Assembly: GCA_030149205.1 (NCBI GenBank)
Contig: JASBSB010000011.1
Span: 1 to 26,574 of the forward strand
Length of the DNA: 26,574 nucleotides
Source: Candidatus Heimdallarchaeota archaeon
GTDB taxonomy: Archaea > Asgardarchaeota > Heimdallarchaeia > Heimdallarchaeales > Kariarchaeaceae
Direction of reading: 5' to 3'
The notes beneath the pieces are model-generated. The model did no database searches. It was not told where the DNA came from and worked only from the letters and a program-made list of their open reading frames with translations. The stretch's first letter is position 1. Each line of letters starts with the position of its first letter. Below, piece after piece: positions 14,962-23,372 of this stretch. The position numbers were made by a program, and so were the translations under genes.

Positions 14962-15621
14962 TTAATTTTCCATTAGAGCAACCAGAACCTTTCCTGTATC
15001 TGTCAGAGAGACGAGCCTTTCCTTTCCCTGATAGTCAGATTCAATCAGGTCCTGGTTCTCAAATTCTTTGATATATCTTGTCATTGATTGAACAGTTCTA
15101 AGCCCAGTTTCCTTTTTGAGTAGGGAGAGGGAAATGGGTCTGTTAATCTCTCCCAATGTTTTAATAATTTTCAGGCGGGTGTCTCTGAAATCTCTGGTAG
15201 ACACTCGGGGCATAGGTACCCAAATAAGCTCTCCTATACCATCGTCCTCACGAAGTTTTTTGAGATAAAAAACAGGACTTGCGGTCATATATCCAACGAG
15301 AAGAAGTGCTGAGGTCATTATTTTTGTCCCTCCAGTCATATTTAGTGTGATCTTCAGCTTGGGGTCACTCTGGTATTTTTTACGAACCTTCTTGATTCCT
15401 TCAATCATGTTAAGAAGGCAGTTCATAAGATCAAATTTATCTATAATATGATTGTAGACCTTAATACGTAGTGGGTCATTCTCATAAAACTTCTTTATGG
15501 ATGCCAGTTCTGGAGAGTCATCAGAATCAGTGAACAGATGGATTTCATCCATCGGAACATGCCTAAGGGCATTGAGCACCACATCTGGTGACTTCCCTAG
15601 ACTGGCAAATTGTACTCTCAT
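14962..15621 (-). CDS. csa3: Csa3-like CARF-wHTH transcriptional regulator
   Basis: CARF motifs FASLG and LNMTGGTKIM; C-terminal winged helix SLSLLKKETG...QSMTRYIKEFENQDLIE...GKERLVSLTDTG. Confidence 0.85.
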   Translation of the reverse strand: MRVQFASLGKSPDVVLNALRHVPMDEIHLFTDSDDSPELASIKKFYENDPLRIKVYNHIIDKFDLMNCLLNMIEGIKKVRKKYQSDPKLKITLNMTGGTKIMTSALLLVGYMTASPVFYLKKLREDDGIGELIWVPMPRVSTRDFRDTRLKIIKTLGEINRPISLSLLKKETGLRTVQSMTRYIKEFENQDLIESDYQGKERLVSLTDTGKVLVALMEN

Positions 15622-15642
15622 AAGTAAATAAATCCAGTAAGG

Positions 15643-15705
15643 TTATTTAATTTGTTGTTTATTATAAACTGATTTTGTTTAATGTCTGCATAATGTATTT
15701 AATAT
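15643..15705. promoter_or_regulatory. Divergent csa3/viperin promoter region with central palindrome GTTTAT-T-ATAAAC (15657-15669)
   Basis: TATA-like TTAAATAA (minus strand, 15650-15643) about 25 nt from csa3 ATG 15621; TTTAATAT (plus strand, 15698-15705) about 25 nt from viperin ATG 15726; a 6-bp inverted repeat lies between them. Confidence 0.5.
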
Positions 15706-15725
15706 ATTGCTGTCAGTTTATTGTT

Positions 15726-16649
15726 ATGAGTAACAGCTCAAACCAACCAGAAATCATTCCAAAACCCCCCGTCATTGAACTCATCCCTAAAAACATCCCT
15801 ATCATCGACTATAAACCAGAAATCAAACTTTCTCGAGATTTAATCTCAGTGAATTATCACATCATCAAAGCCTGTAATTACCGTTGCGTCTTCTGCTTTG
15901 CAAAATTTAATCAGGTGTCAAGAAACTATCTCTCCTTGGAAGATTCTAAGAGTATTATTCAAGAATTACATCTATTTGGGACTGAGAAGATCACTTTTGT
16001 TGGAGGTGAACCTACCCTGGTACCTCATCTTCCAGAACTTGTTAGCTATGCCAAATCACTAGGATTGACTACAATGATAGTAACAAACGGAACCAAACTA
16101 TCTGAGGAATATTTGAAAAGGTTTAACGGGAATCTAGACTGGGTTGGTCTGAGTATCGACAGTGGAAAGGAAGACATAAACAGAGAGTTAGGACGAGGAA
16201 ACGGTTCTCATGTGTCGCAAACATTGAAAAATGTAAAACTTTTAAGGGAGTTTGGTATTAAAATTAAAATAAATTCTGTGATTAACCTGTTAAATTGGCA
16301 GGAGGATATGTCTTGGTTAATTGAAAGCATTAACCCATTCAGATGGAAGGTCTTTAAGCTGTTACCTATCGAAGGAGAAAATGATGAATCAAAGCATCTG
16401 GAAATCTCTGATGAACAGTATTTTTCGTTTATTCAAAACCACAGGCATCTGAATCCCGTTGTTGAGACCAACGATGCGATGACAGACAGCTATGTGATGA
16501 TTGATCCAAATGGCTGCTTTTTCAATAACTCAAATGGGAGGTTGAATCATGGGCCACCGATTTTAGCAGTTGGTGTCGAAAAAGCCTTTAGCCTTTCAAA
16601 CTTTCAAAAAGAAAAATTTGAGGCAAGAGGAGGTGTGTATAAATGGTAG
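15726..16649 (+). CDS. pVip: Prokaryotic viperin (RSAD2-like radical SAM, ddhNTP synthase); likely start ATG 15726 rather than TTG 15675
   Basis: SVNYHIIKACNYRCVFCF (CX3CX2C), KITFVGGEP, TNG, DWVGLSIDS, KINSV, RWKVFK.L..EGEN and SYVMIDPNG.F are viperin-type motifs. Confidence 0.92.
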   Translation: MSNSSNQPEIIPKPPVIELIPKNIPIIDYKPEIKLSRDLISVNYHIIKACNYRCVFCFAKFNQVSRNYLSLEDSKSIIQELHLFGTEKITFVGGEPTLVPHLPELVSYAKSLGLTTMIVTNGTKLSEEYLKRFNGNLDWVGLSIDSGKEDINRELGRGNGSHVSQTLKNVKLLREFGIKIKINSVINLLNWQEDMSWLIESINPFRWKVFKLLPIEGENDESKHLEISDEQYFSFIQNHRHLNPVVETNDAMTDSYVMIDPNGCFFNNSNGRLNHGPPILAVGVEKAFSLSNFQKEKFEARGGVYKW

Positions 16650-17365
16650 ATGTCAAACTTTCGAAAATTGTTATCAAGTATGGTGGAAGTCAGTTGTATG
16701 ATGAATCAGGAACAATTCTGCCAGAAAGATTTAAACTTCTTGCAGAACTTATTATAAGGCTTTGTGACACAGGCATCTCTACCTATGTGGTTTTAGGCGG
16801 GGGGAAACCAACGAGGGATATTGTTCAAAAATTCTCCCGATCCCTCGTAAATTCTAAGTTTGGACTTAATGCAACACAACTTGACCATATTTCCATTGAG
16901 GTGACAAGGATTCATTCTCAGTTGTTAAGATTCATGTTATCAGGTAAAATGGAAACAAGGTTTGTAACTAGGTATGAGGAATTATTTGATGAGGTTCTTC
17001 CCTCTACAGTTACAGTGGCTGGAGGTCTCTTTCCTGGTCAATCAACTAATGGAACAGCTGCGTTGGTGTCAGAAGCAGTAGAAGCTGATCTGTTAGTCAA
17101 TTTTTTTGGATTTGACAATATTCACTCAGAAGACCCAACCACAAATAGGAAAGGTAAAACTCTGACATCACTGTCATATGAAGACCTCAACAAATTAATT
17201 AGTGGGTTTAAGCAAGAGCCAGGCCATTATGAGCTGTTTGATCTCTTGGCATTGAACTACGTAAAGAGGTCAAAGATTCCGGTTTTATTTCTTAATGGGA
17301 ATAATCCTCTTAAGCTTAAAGAATATCTCTCTGGAACGAAATTGGGGACGTTGGTTAAAGCATGA
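16643..17365 (+). CDS. Archaeal-type uridylate kinase (PyrH, amino-acid-kinase fold) homolog, diverged
   Basis: KIVIKYGGS, VVLGGGK.TR, VAGGLFPGQST...AAL..E...ADLL, EDP and final GTLV; overlaps viperin by 7 nt. Confidence 0.88.
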   Translation: MVDVKLSKIVIKYGGSQLYDESGTILPERFKLLAELIIRLCDTGISTYVVLGGGKPTRDIVQKFSRSLVNSKFGLNATQLDHISIEVTRIHSQLLRFMLSGKMETRFVTRYEELFDEVLPSTVTVAGGLFPGQSTNGTAALVSEAVEADLLVNFFGFDNIHSEDPTTNRKGKTLTSLSYEDLNKLISGFKQEPGHYELFDLLALNYVKRSKIPVLFLNGNNPLKLKEYLSGTKLGTLVKA

Positions 17366-17547
17366 ATGAAAATAAACTACCAACCTGTTCATCTGTATAT
17401 GTTCAGAATATAGCTCATTTAAATGACAGCATTCTTTTTTATTTAACAATTTTTCACATTGGAACAAGAAATCTTTTGAACTGTAAGTTTAAATTGGTCT
17501 TAGGATTTATTTTTCCTGAGTATTTGGTAAGGAGGGTGAAAAAATGA
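17362..17547 (+). CDS. 61-aa ORF bridging the kinase and helicase genes; may not be a true protein gene
   Basis: ATGA start/stop overlaps at both ends (17362-17365 and 17544-17547); no recognisable motif. Confidence 0.3.
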   Translation: MNENKLPTCSSVYVQNIAHLNDSILFYLTIFHIGTRNLLNCKFKLVLGFIFPEYLVRRVKK

Positions 17548-20354
17548 GTTCCAACCTATATTACAGAAATCTACCAGAAGTACCTAGTGACAAAGCTGCA
17601 CGAGCAATTAAAATAAGTACAGATAAAACTCTTACCCCTTTTTTTAATTATTATCTTACCTATAGAAAGCATGAGACTGAGAAAGTCTTTGAGGTAACCT
17701 TGAAGCTTATTGAATGGAATGAATTTTTTGTAAAATATGATCTAAACAATCGAAAAAATCAATTAGAATCAAAACTCAAAACTTACGGTAAAGTACCTCA
17801 AGAATTGAGAGAAATTAGAAAATTCATCGAGTATAGAAACACCAATAATTTGGGATTATACATGATTGATATAACTGATGAAACAGTCGATGATGAAAAA
17901 GCATTAAGGGAAATAACTGGAAGAGATACAATTCTTTCTCTAAGTCGGTCTGTGAGGACAGAGAGCAAACTAAACTATGAACATATCTCAAGAAGATATG
18001 ATGTCATAGTCATGAAGATTTTTTATAATAAGAAGGGAGGTAACGAAGGATCATCAGTCAGAATTCCCAGAGAATCAATCAAGGTTTACTATAAACCTAA
18101 TGTCAAGGTTCTAAACTTACTTATTAATGCACTGGAAAAACTTCAAAATACTCCTGCAGTACACAACCGACCTCTTTTAAAATTATTCGAAAACAGGTCA
18201 AGGGTACGTTTTGAAATCCCTGTGAAAGCAACAATTAGAGATAATGAATGGTTATTTCTAACGGATCAAAGTAGATCTGGGAATGATTTACAACGTGAAT
18301 TTGTAAAAATGGCTATTGAAACCCCTGATTTTGCTATTCTGGACGGACCACCTGGATCAGGGAAGACTACAACTATATTAGAATTAATTTATCAACTTGT
18401 GATTCGGGGTCAGAAGATACTTATGGTAGGATCAACTCATGCGGCGGTGGATAATGTAATAGAGAAATTAATGGACCCAGACTTCTCATATAGAGAAGCA
18501 CTAGATGACTTAGTTTTACCTATTCGGATTGGAAATCCTGAATATCATTCTATATCTGATTTTGCTGCAGATTATACAGAAGGTGAGTTATGGAAGACAA
18601 AAAGGGCTGAACAACTGGAATGGTTGGCTTCAATTCAGAATAAGACAGAATCACAGGAAGAGTTTGAACAAATGCTACTAAACAAAAAGGACTCTAGTAT
18701 CTTGAAATTTTCTGTTTTACGTTCCACATCACTTACCTGTGCAACAACTGCTGGGATAACCAATCATTCAATGATCAGAGCGAATTCTAATGGAACTTCA
18801 ACCAACAAACCCTTTTTTGATTTTTTGATCCTAGATGAGGCCAGTAAAACCACATTTCAAGAATTTTTAATTCCTGCCCTTTACGCAAAAAAATTTATTA
18901 TAATTGGTGACGTTTTACAATTATCTCCATTTGTTGATGAGGATGGCTTATCATCAAATATAGGTAGCGTATTAGATTTTTCTGAGGAACAGAGGTATTG
19001 GGCTACTGTCGTCAATAATTTTTTCCAGATCAATGCTTCACCAAAACGAGCGTTAATACTTTATGACCACAAAGAATCTAATTTAATTTATGATGCTTTC
19101 AGGGGTTCTAAGTACAATATAGCCCCTCTTACCACCAAGAATCAAGATTATGTGTTTGCGGATATAATTTTCGCTACAAAATCTGATTTAAAAAAATATC
19201 ACGATCTACTTCCTTCAACACTAACACTTTTTTTGGACGCAAGAACATCTGAAGGTAAAAGCTTTTTTGTTCGAGATTCAAAATTCATCCCAATCACGAA
19301 CAACTTAAGTCATTTTCCCATCCTATATCAATATCGAATAAACTTTGTTCAACAGAAAAACAAAGAGAGGAAAAAGTCGTTAACATCAATACTTCATATA
19401 AGATCCCAAGATGATACATGGGCTGATGCTCTAAGTTGGAGGTTAATTCGGTTGAACGAAATTGAAAAAAACCCAACAAACTCTAATGAGTATCAGAACA
19501 GGCTATTAAACAGCATCATAAATCTTTTGCCGAAGGATGACAAAATTAGAAAAAAAATAGAAAACGAGATTGGAGACATGTATGAAATTGCCCTTCCTTC
19601 AATTCTTAAGCTCTTACAGGAAGGTTTAGGTGAGACCAAATTTAGACCAAAATCTGATATAACAACGACACTATCTTCAGGGTTACCAGAAGAAGCATTA
19701 AAAGCAAGGTATGTTCGATTAACCCATCAAAATCGCATGCATCCAGACATAAGTAAATTTGCCCGAGAAACATTCTATGAGAATCAAGCATTGCATGATT
19801 CAAATCGCCTAAATAGAGGTCTCCCCCTTTATCCTCTATATAACAATAAACGGATGGTATGGATTGATGTTGTTAACAAAACCCAAAGTGATCCAACTGT
19901 AAATAAACAAGAGATCAATCGTGTCTTCAAGGAACTTATTCAGTTATTAAAATACTTACAGAGATTTTCTGACCAGAATTGGAGTATTGCAGTATTGACG
20001 TTTTACAAGCGACAACGTCGTGAATTACTTAATGAATTTGATAAGAATCCAGAATTTAAGAAATTCAAATCCAAAAACTTCTACCCCAAAAATCAAAAGA
20101 ATATTCAAATTAAGATTGATGTAGTTGACTCATTCCAAGGACAGGAGGCGGATTTTGTGTTTCTATCTATGGTTCGAACGTTTGGGATTGGATTTCTTGA
20201 CAATCCGAATCGGTTAAATGTTGCTCTAACCAGGGCTAAATATCAACTCGTAATACTGGGTGATAATAAGCATTTCAAGAAACAAACCAGATCAGCTCAT
20301 CTTAAAAAGCTGGCTGAAATACCATCAGAAAGAGGAATAACTTATGATAATTAG
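17544..20354 (+). CDS. Upf1/DNA2-NAM7-like superfamily 1B helicase (936 aa)
   Basis: DGPPGSGKTT, STHAAVDNV, LDEASK, IGDVLQLSP, RMHPDI, VLTFYKRQ, VDSFQGQEAD and NRLNVALTRAK; SD-like GGAGGGTGA upstream. Confidence 0.95.
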   Translation: MSSNLYYRNLPEVPSDKAARAIKISTDKTLTPFFNYYLTYRKHETEKVFEVTLKLIEWNEFFVKYDLNNRKNQLESKLKTYGKVPQELREIRKFIEYRNTNNLGLYMIDITDETVDDEKALREITGRDTILSLSRSVRTESKLNYEHISRRYDVIVMKIFYNKKGGNEGSSVRIPRESIKVYYKPNVKVLNLLINALEKLQNTPAVHNRPLLKLFENRSRVRFEIPVKATIRDNEWLFLTDQSRSGNDLQREFVKMAIETPDFAILDGPPGSGKTTTILELIYQLVIRGQKILMVGSTHAAVDNVIEKLMDPDFSYREALDDLVLPIRIGNPEYHSISDFAADYTEGELWKTKRAEQLEWLASIQNKTESQEEFEQMLLNKKDSSILKFSVLRSTSLTCATTAGITNHSMIRANSNGTSTNKPFFDFLILDEASKTTFQEFLIPALYAKKFIIIGDVLQLSPFVDEDGLSSNIGSVLDFSEEQRYWATVVNNFFQINASPKRALILYDHKESNLIYDAFRGSKYNIAPLTTKNQDYVFADIIFATKSDLKKYHDLLPSTLTLFLDARTSEGKSFFVRDSKFIPITNNLSHFPILYQYRINFVQQKNKERKKSLTSILHIRSQDDTWADALSWRLIRLNEIEKNPTNSNEYQNRLLNSIINLLPKDDKIRKKIENEIGDMYEIALPSILKLLQEGLGETKFRPKSDITTTLSSGLPEEALKARYVRLTHQNRMHPDISKFARETFYENQALHDSNRLNRGLPLYPLYNNKRMVWIDVVNKTQSDPTVNKQEINRVFKELIQLLKYLQRFSDQNWSIAVLTFYKRQRRELLNEFDKNPEFKKFKSKNFYPKNQKNIQIKIDVVDSFQGQEADFVFLSMVRTFGIGFLDNPNRLNVALTRAKYQLVILGDNKHFKKQTRSAHLKKLAEIPSERGITYDN

Positions 20355-21396
20355 CTTTACAACATCCTTTACTACATATAAAATTGCAGCTCTTGCTGAA
20401 ATTGGTGTGGAAGGTGAGGATAAAGGGTATATGGTCTATCTCAAAGCCATAAAAGAGGCTCAAGGATCAGATCCGATGAAATACCTAAAAGAAAACCTAT
20501 TGAAAAAATTTCCAAAAACAACATCATATAATGTAATAACAGAGCTGCAAGCATTACAGTTAGTTGATGAATATGGAAAAATAACAAGTGTTGGAGAAGA
20601 TGCACTTCAAACTGAAACAATTTACTTCCCAAGCAGGGGTATCTTTAATTTCGAATTTGTTAAAAATACTCCCATGAAATCTTCTGTTATTGATATTACA
20701 GAAAACCGTTCCAAATTAATTAAAGAGGTTAATGTTTCGGACGAAATTGATATAGACCAAGGGCAAAGATTCAAGTTATTGGATGGGAGAAATATAGTAG
20801 TATTAAGTTTAGAAGAAAAGGGACAAAAGGTAAAAGAAAATTCTACCAGATCAAAAATTGTTTGTGAATTTGTTCATGATGGTGGATGGAGCCTTTGGGT
20901 CAGAACGAACAGCAATGACAAGATAAAAGTAGAATTATCAGATGAATTTATACAGCTTAACATCCATGAACGGATATTCGAATATTACAAGAAAAACCCC
21001 TATGACGACGACTCGATCCTGGTAAAGTTTGATGAGCTTAATGAAAAAGAGCTTCAAACCTTTAAAGGAAACAGAGTAGTCAAAGATTTAAAAATTCCAG
21101 AGTATAACCTTAGTGTAAATTTACAAATTGAGGATATAAAATTGTTTCCAGCCAACTCTCAAGAAGCAATTAAGTGGGCACTAAAACTCTTCACATCAAA
21201 TTACATGGGCTCATATTTAACACAGTCAGAGTGTGTGAATCTTTGGCAAGAAATGGTAAAAGAAATTCCTGAGTTTCAGGTTTATCCAGACCTGTATAAT
21301 ATTAGCTTTGAGACAATGTTAAAAGAAATTTTAGATACCTCAAAAAGCAAATTTTTGGTGGCACCTATAGATTTTAGATTGGAGGGTCTGGTGTGA
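20344..21396 (+). CDS. Hypothetical protein (350 aa), possible N-terminal winged helix
   Basis: Overlaps both neighbours (11 nt and 4 nt); ELQALQLVDEYGKITSVGEDAL resembles a wHTH wing motif. Confidence 0.7.
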   Translation: MIISFTTSFTTYKIAALAEIGVEGEDKGYMVYLKAIKEAQGSDPMKYLKENLLKKFPKTTSYNVITELQALQLVDEYGKITSVGEDALQTETIYFPSRGIFNFEFVKNTPMKSSVIDITENRSKLIKEVNVSDEIDIDQGQRFKLLDGRNIVVLSLEEKGQKVKENSTRSKIVCEFVHDGGWSLWVRTNSNDKIKVELSDEFIQLNIHERIFEYYKKNPYDDDSILVKFDELNEKELQTFKGNRVVKDLKIPEYNLSVNLQIEDIKLFPANSQEAIKWALKLFTSNYMGSYLTQSECVNLWQEMVKEIPEFQVYPDLYNISFETMLKEILDTSKSKFLVAPIDFRLEGLV

Positions 21397-22910
21397 TACC
21401 AACAAAGACGATTTCTAAAACCATTATCAATCACAAAGTCTTAAAAGGATTTTGGGAGATAAAAGAAAAAGACATTAACAATAGGAGCAAAGATAATGTA
21501 ATTCAAATGGGATTTGGAGATACAACAGTTAAAAAATTAATTTTGGAGTATATTACAAATGCCAAGGAGCATATCTTCCTTGCAAGTTTCATCCTTAGTG
21601 ATGATGAAATTGTAAAAGCTCTTCAGAACTCAACCAGTCGAGGTGTTAGATTTTATGTTTTGACCTCTAACGAGGCTCTTTTGGAGAAAGAGAGAAGGAC
21701 AGACAACTCAGAATTCACTGAATCTGTGGTGAACCATCATAAAAGTATCATTAAAAAATTGGAAAAGAGTGGATTGGTTAGAGGTTCACCGTTCCTTCAT
21801 GCAAAGTTCGTATTGGTTGATGTATTCTCAAACCCTAGAGGAGTCATGCTAACCTCTAATATCACTACAGAGGCTCTTACGAGAAATCCTGAGCTAGCAA
21901 TGATATTGCAAAAAGATCAAGTGAGTGAGCTGTTTAACATTTATCGATATGTTTTCTGGTCTCAAGCAGATCAGGAGCTAGCCAATCAAAAATGGGGCAA
22001 ATTCGAAAAGAGAAATGTACCACTTAAGTACTCTACTAAAATCATCACAACAATCAAAGGAAAAAACACATTGGAGAGGGATTTAATTAACTTACTTAAG
22101 CGATCTAATGGTAAGGTATACGTTGGCTCTTACAAACTCACAAAAAGCACAGACTTTTTTAAGGCTCTACTTGATTACGGTGAATCCAATGAGGTTGTCC
22201 TTTTTACAAGATTGCATCCTGCAAACCAAGAAGTCTATGATATTTTAACAGGCAAACCTAACTTTTCTCTTTACGCAGCAAAATATTTTCATGCAAAATT
22301 TGTTGTAACAAATATCGAGGGATTAATTATGACAGCAAACTTAAATGAACAATCTTTTGATGATGGATTTGAGGTAGCAGTAAAAATAGGATCAACAAAA
22401 GCATTTTCAGATATTGCAGATGAATGGATCAAATCACTGGAATATGAATTCATCCATCAAAAAGAGGTCTCTAAAATTAACTCTAAGCATGTGAAGATTT
22501 ACGACAAGCAAAAGTCGTCTTTCAATCAATTAGAGATTACTGAAAAGAATTTTTATGAAAACAAAGTTACAGAATCTATTGAAGAGTATCTACAAATGGA
22601 TGAAAATAGTATAAGAATCCCAACGTTAAACTATCAGAAATCAATTACAGTTACTTATAATGTAGAACCACCTAAGCTTCCTAAAGATGCTACAGAGATA
22701 AAGAAAAAAAGTGACCTAAAAAATCCAAAAATTCTGAAAGAATTTGAAGAGCTACTCTTTGACAAAAAAGATAGAAGTATTGTTCCACTTTATTTCTACA
22801 AGAATAAACTTTATTCTCCAGTAAAAGATATCAAAGCCTACGAAAAAACAAAGAAGAATACAACAAACATAACATCAGAGATGTTTAGTGTTGTAAGTGA
22901 AAGGATTTAG
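21393..22910 (+). CDS. Tandem phospholipase D (HKD) superfamily protein, probable nuclease
   Basis: HAKFVLVD...LTSN and HAKFVVTN...MTAN; HIFLASF motif; GTGA overlap with the upstream gene. Confidence 0.88.
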   Translation: MIPTKTISKTIINHKVLKGFWEIKEKDINNRSKDNVIQMGFGDTTVKKLILEYITNAKEHIFLASFILSDDEIVKALQNSTSRGVRFYVLTSNEALLEKERRTDNSEFTESVVNHHKSIIKKLEKSGLVRGSPFLHAKFVLVDVFSNPRGVMLTSNITTEALTRNPELAMILQKDQVSELFNIYRYVFWSQADQELANQKWGKFEKRNVPLKYSTKIITTIKGKNTLERDLINLLKRSNGKVYVGSYKLTKSTDFFKALLDYGESNEVVLFTRLHPANQEVYDILTGKPNFSLYAAKYFHAKFVVTNIEGLIMTANLNEQSFDDGFEVAVKIGSTKAFSDIADEWIKSLEYEFIHQKEVSKINSKHVKIYDKQKSSFNQLEITEKNFYENKVTESIEEYLQMDENSIRIPTLNYQKSITVTYNVEPPKLPKDATEIKKKSDLKNPKILKEFEELLFDKKDRSIVPLYFYKNKLYSPVKDIKAYEKTKKNTTNITSEMFSVVSERI

Positions 22911-22977
22911 TATTTGCTTCTTATTTTTACTTCTTCACCTTGGTAGTAATTAGAAAGTGTTTTTCAGGAGAATTACA

Positions 22978-23262
22978 ATGAAAAAACAATTAATGATTGA
23001 ATAAGCTAACAAATCTGAAGATAAACATATTATCCATTCAAAATTGCTTATATCCTTTTTTGCGCTAAGTGTGCTAATGTTTCTTCTAAAACCGCAAACG
23101 TCTGGGTACTATTTTTGGATTTCATTAAAATCTGAACAAGTAACTGCAGGGATGTATACAGGATAATCGACACATGGTTATACTGAAACATTAGTTTCAG
23201 ATCCAAGTTGGCTTAGAATAAAAACTTGGACAAATTCTCAATTTGATTATTCTTGGGTCTAA
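22978..23262 (+). pseudogene. Possible decayed gene for a secreted protein
   Basis: AGGAG SD then ATG 22978; a single frame with in-frame TAA at 23002 and 23164 and a signal-peptide-like stretch KLLISFFALSVLMFLLKPQTSG. Confidence 0.3.
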
Positions 23263-23372
23263 ATTTGTTTTCATTGTAATTCAAAATTTAAAAACAAATC
23301 TTAGAACACCAATAGAACCATGAGGGAAAAAACAGGGTTAATGTAACTTAAGACTGGATTTATACTACAATT

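Noticed and set aside
15675-15725. N-terminal extension MFNVCIMYLIYCCQFIV of viperin in the ORF track
   Set aside because: It overlaps the predicted promoter; ATG 15726 fits the leaderless TATA spacing better.
3585-20632. Short ORFs nested in or antisense to large genes (3585, 4155, 4827, 4931, 5343, 6117, 8350, 10978, 12360, 13763, 14622, 17285, 19294, 20441)
   Set aside because: They overlap well-supported CDSs and have no recognisable motifs.
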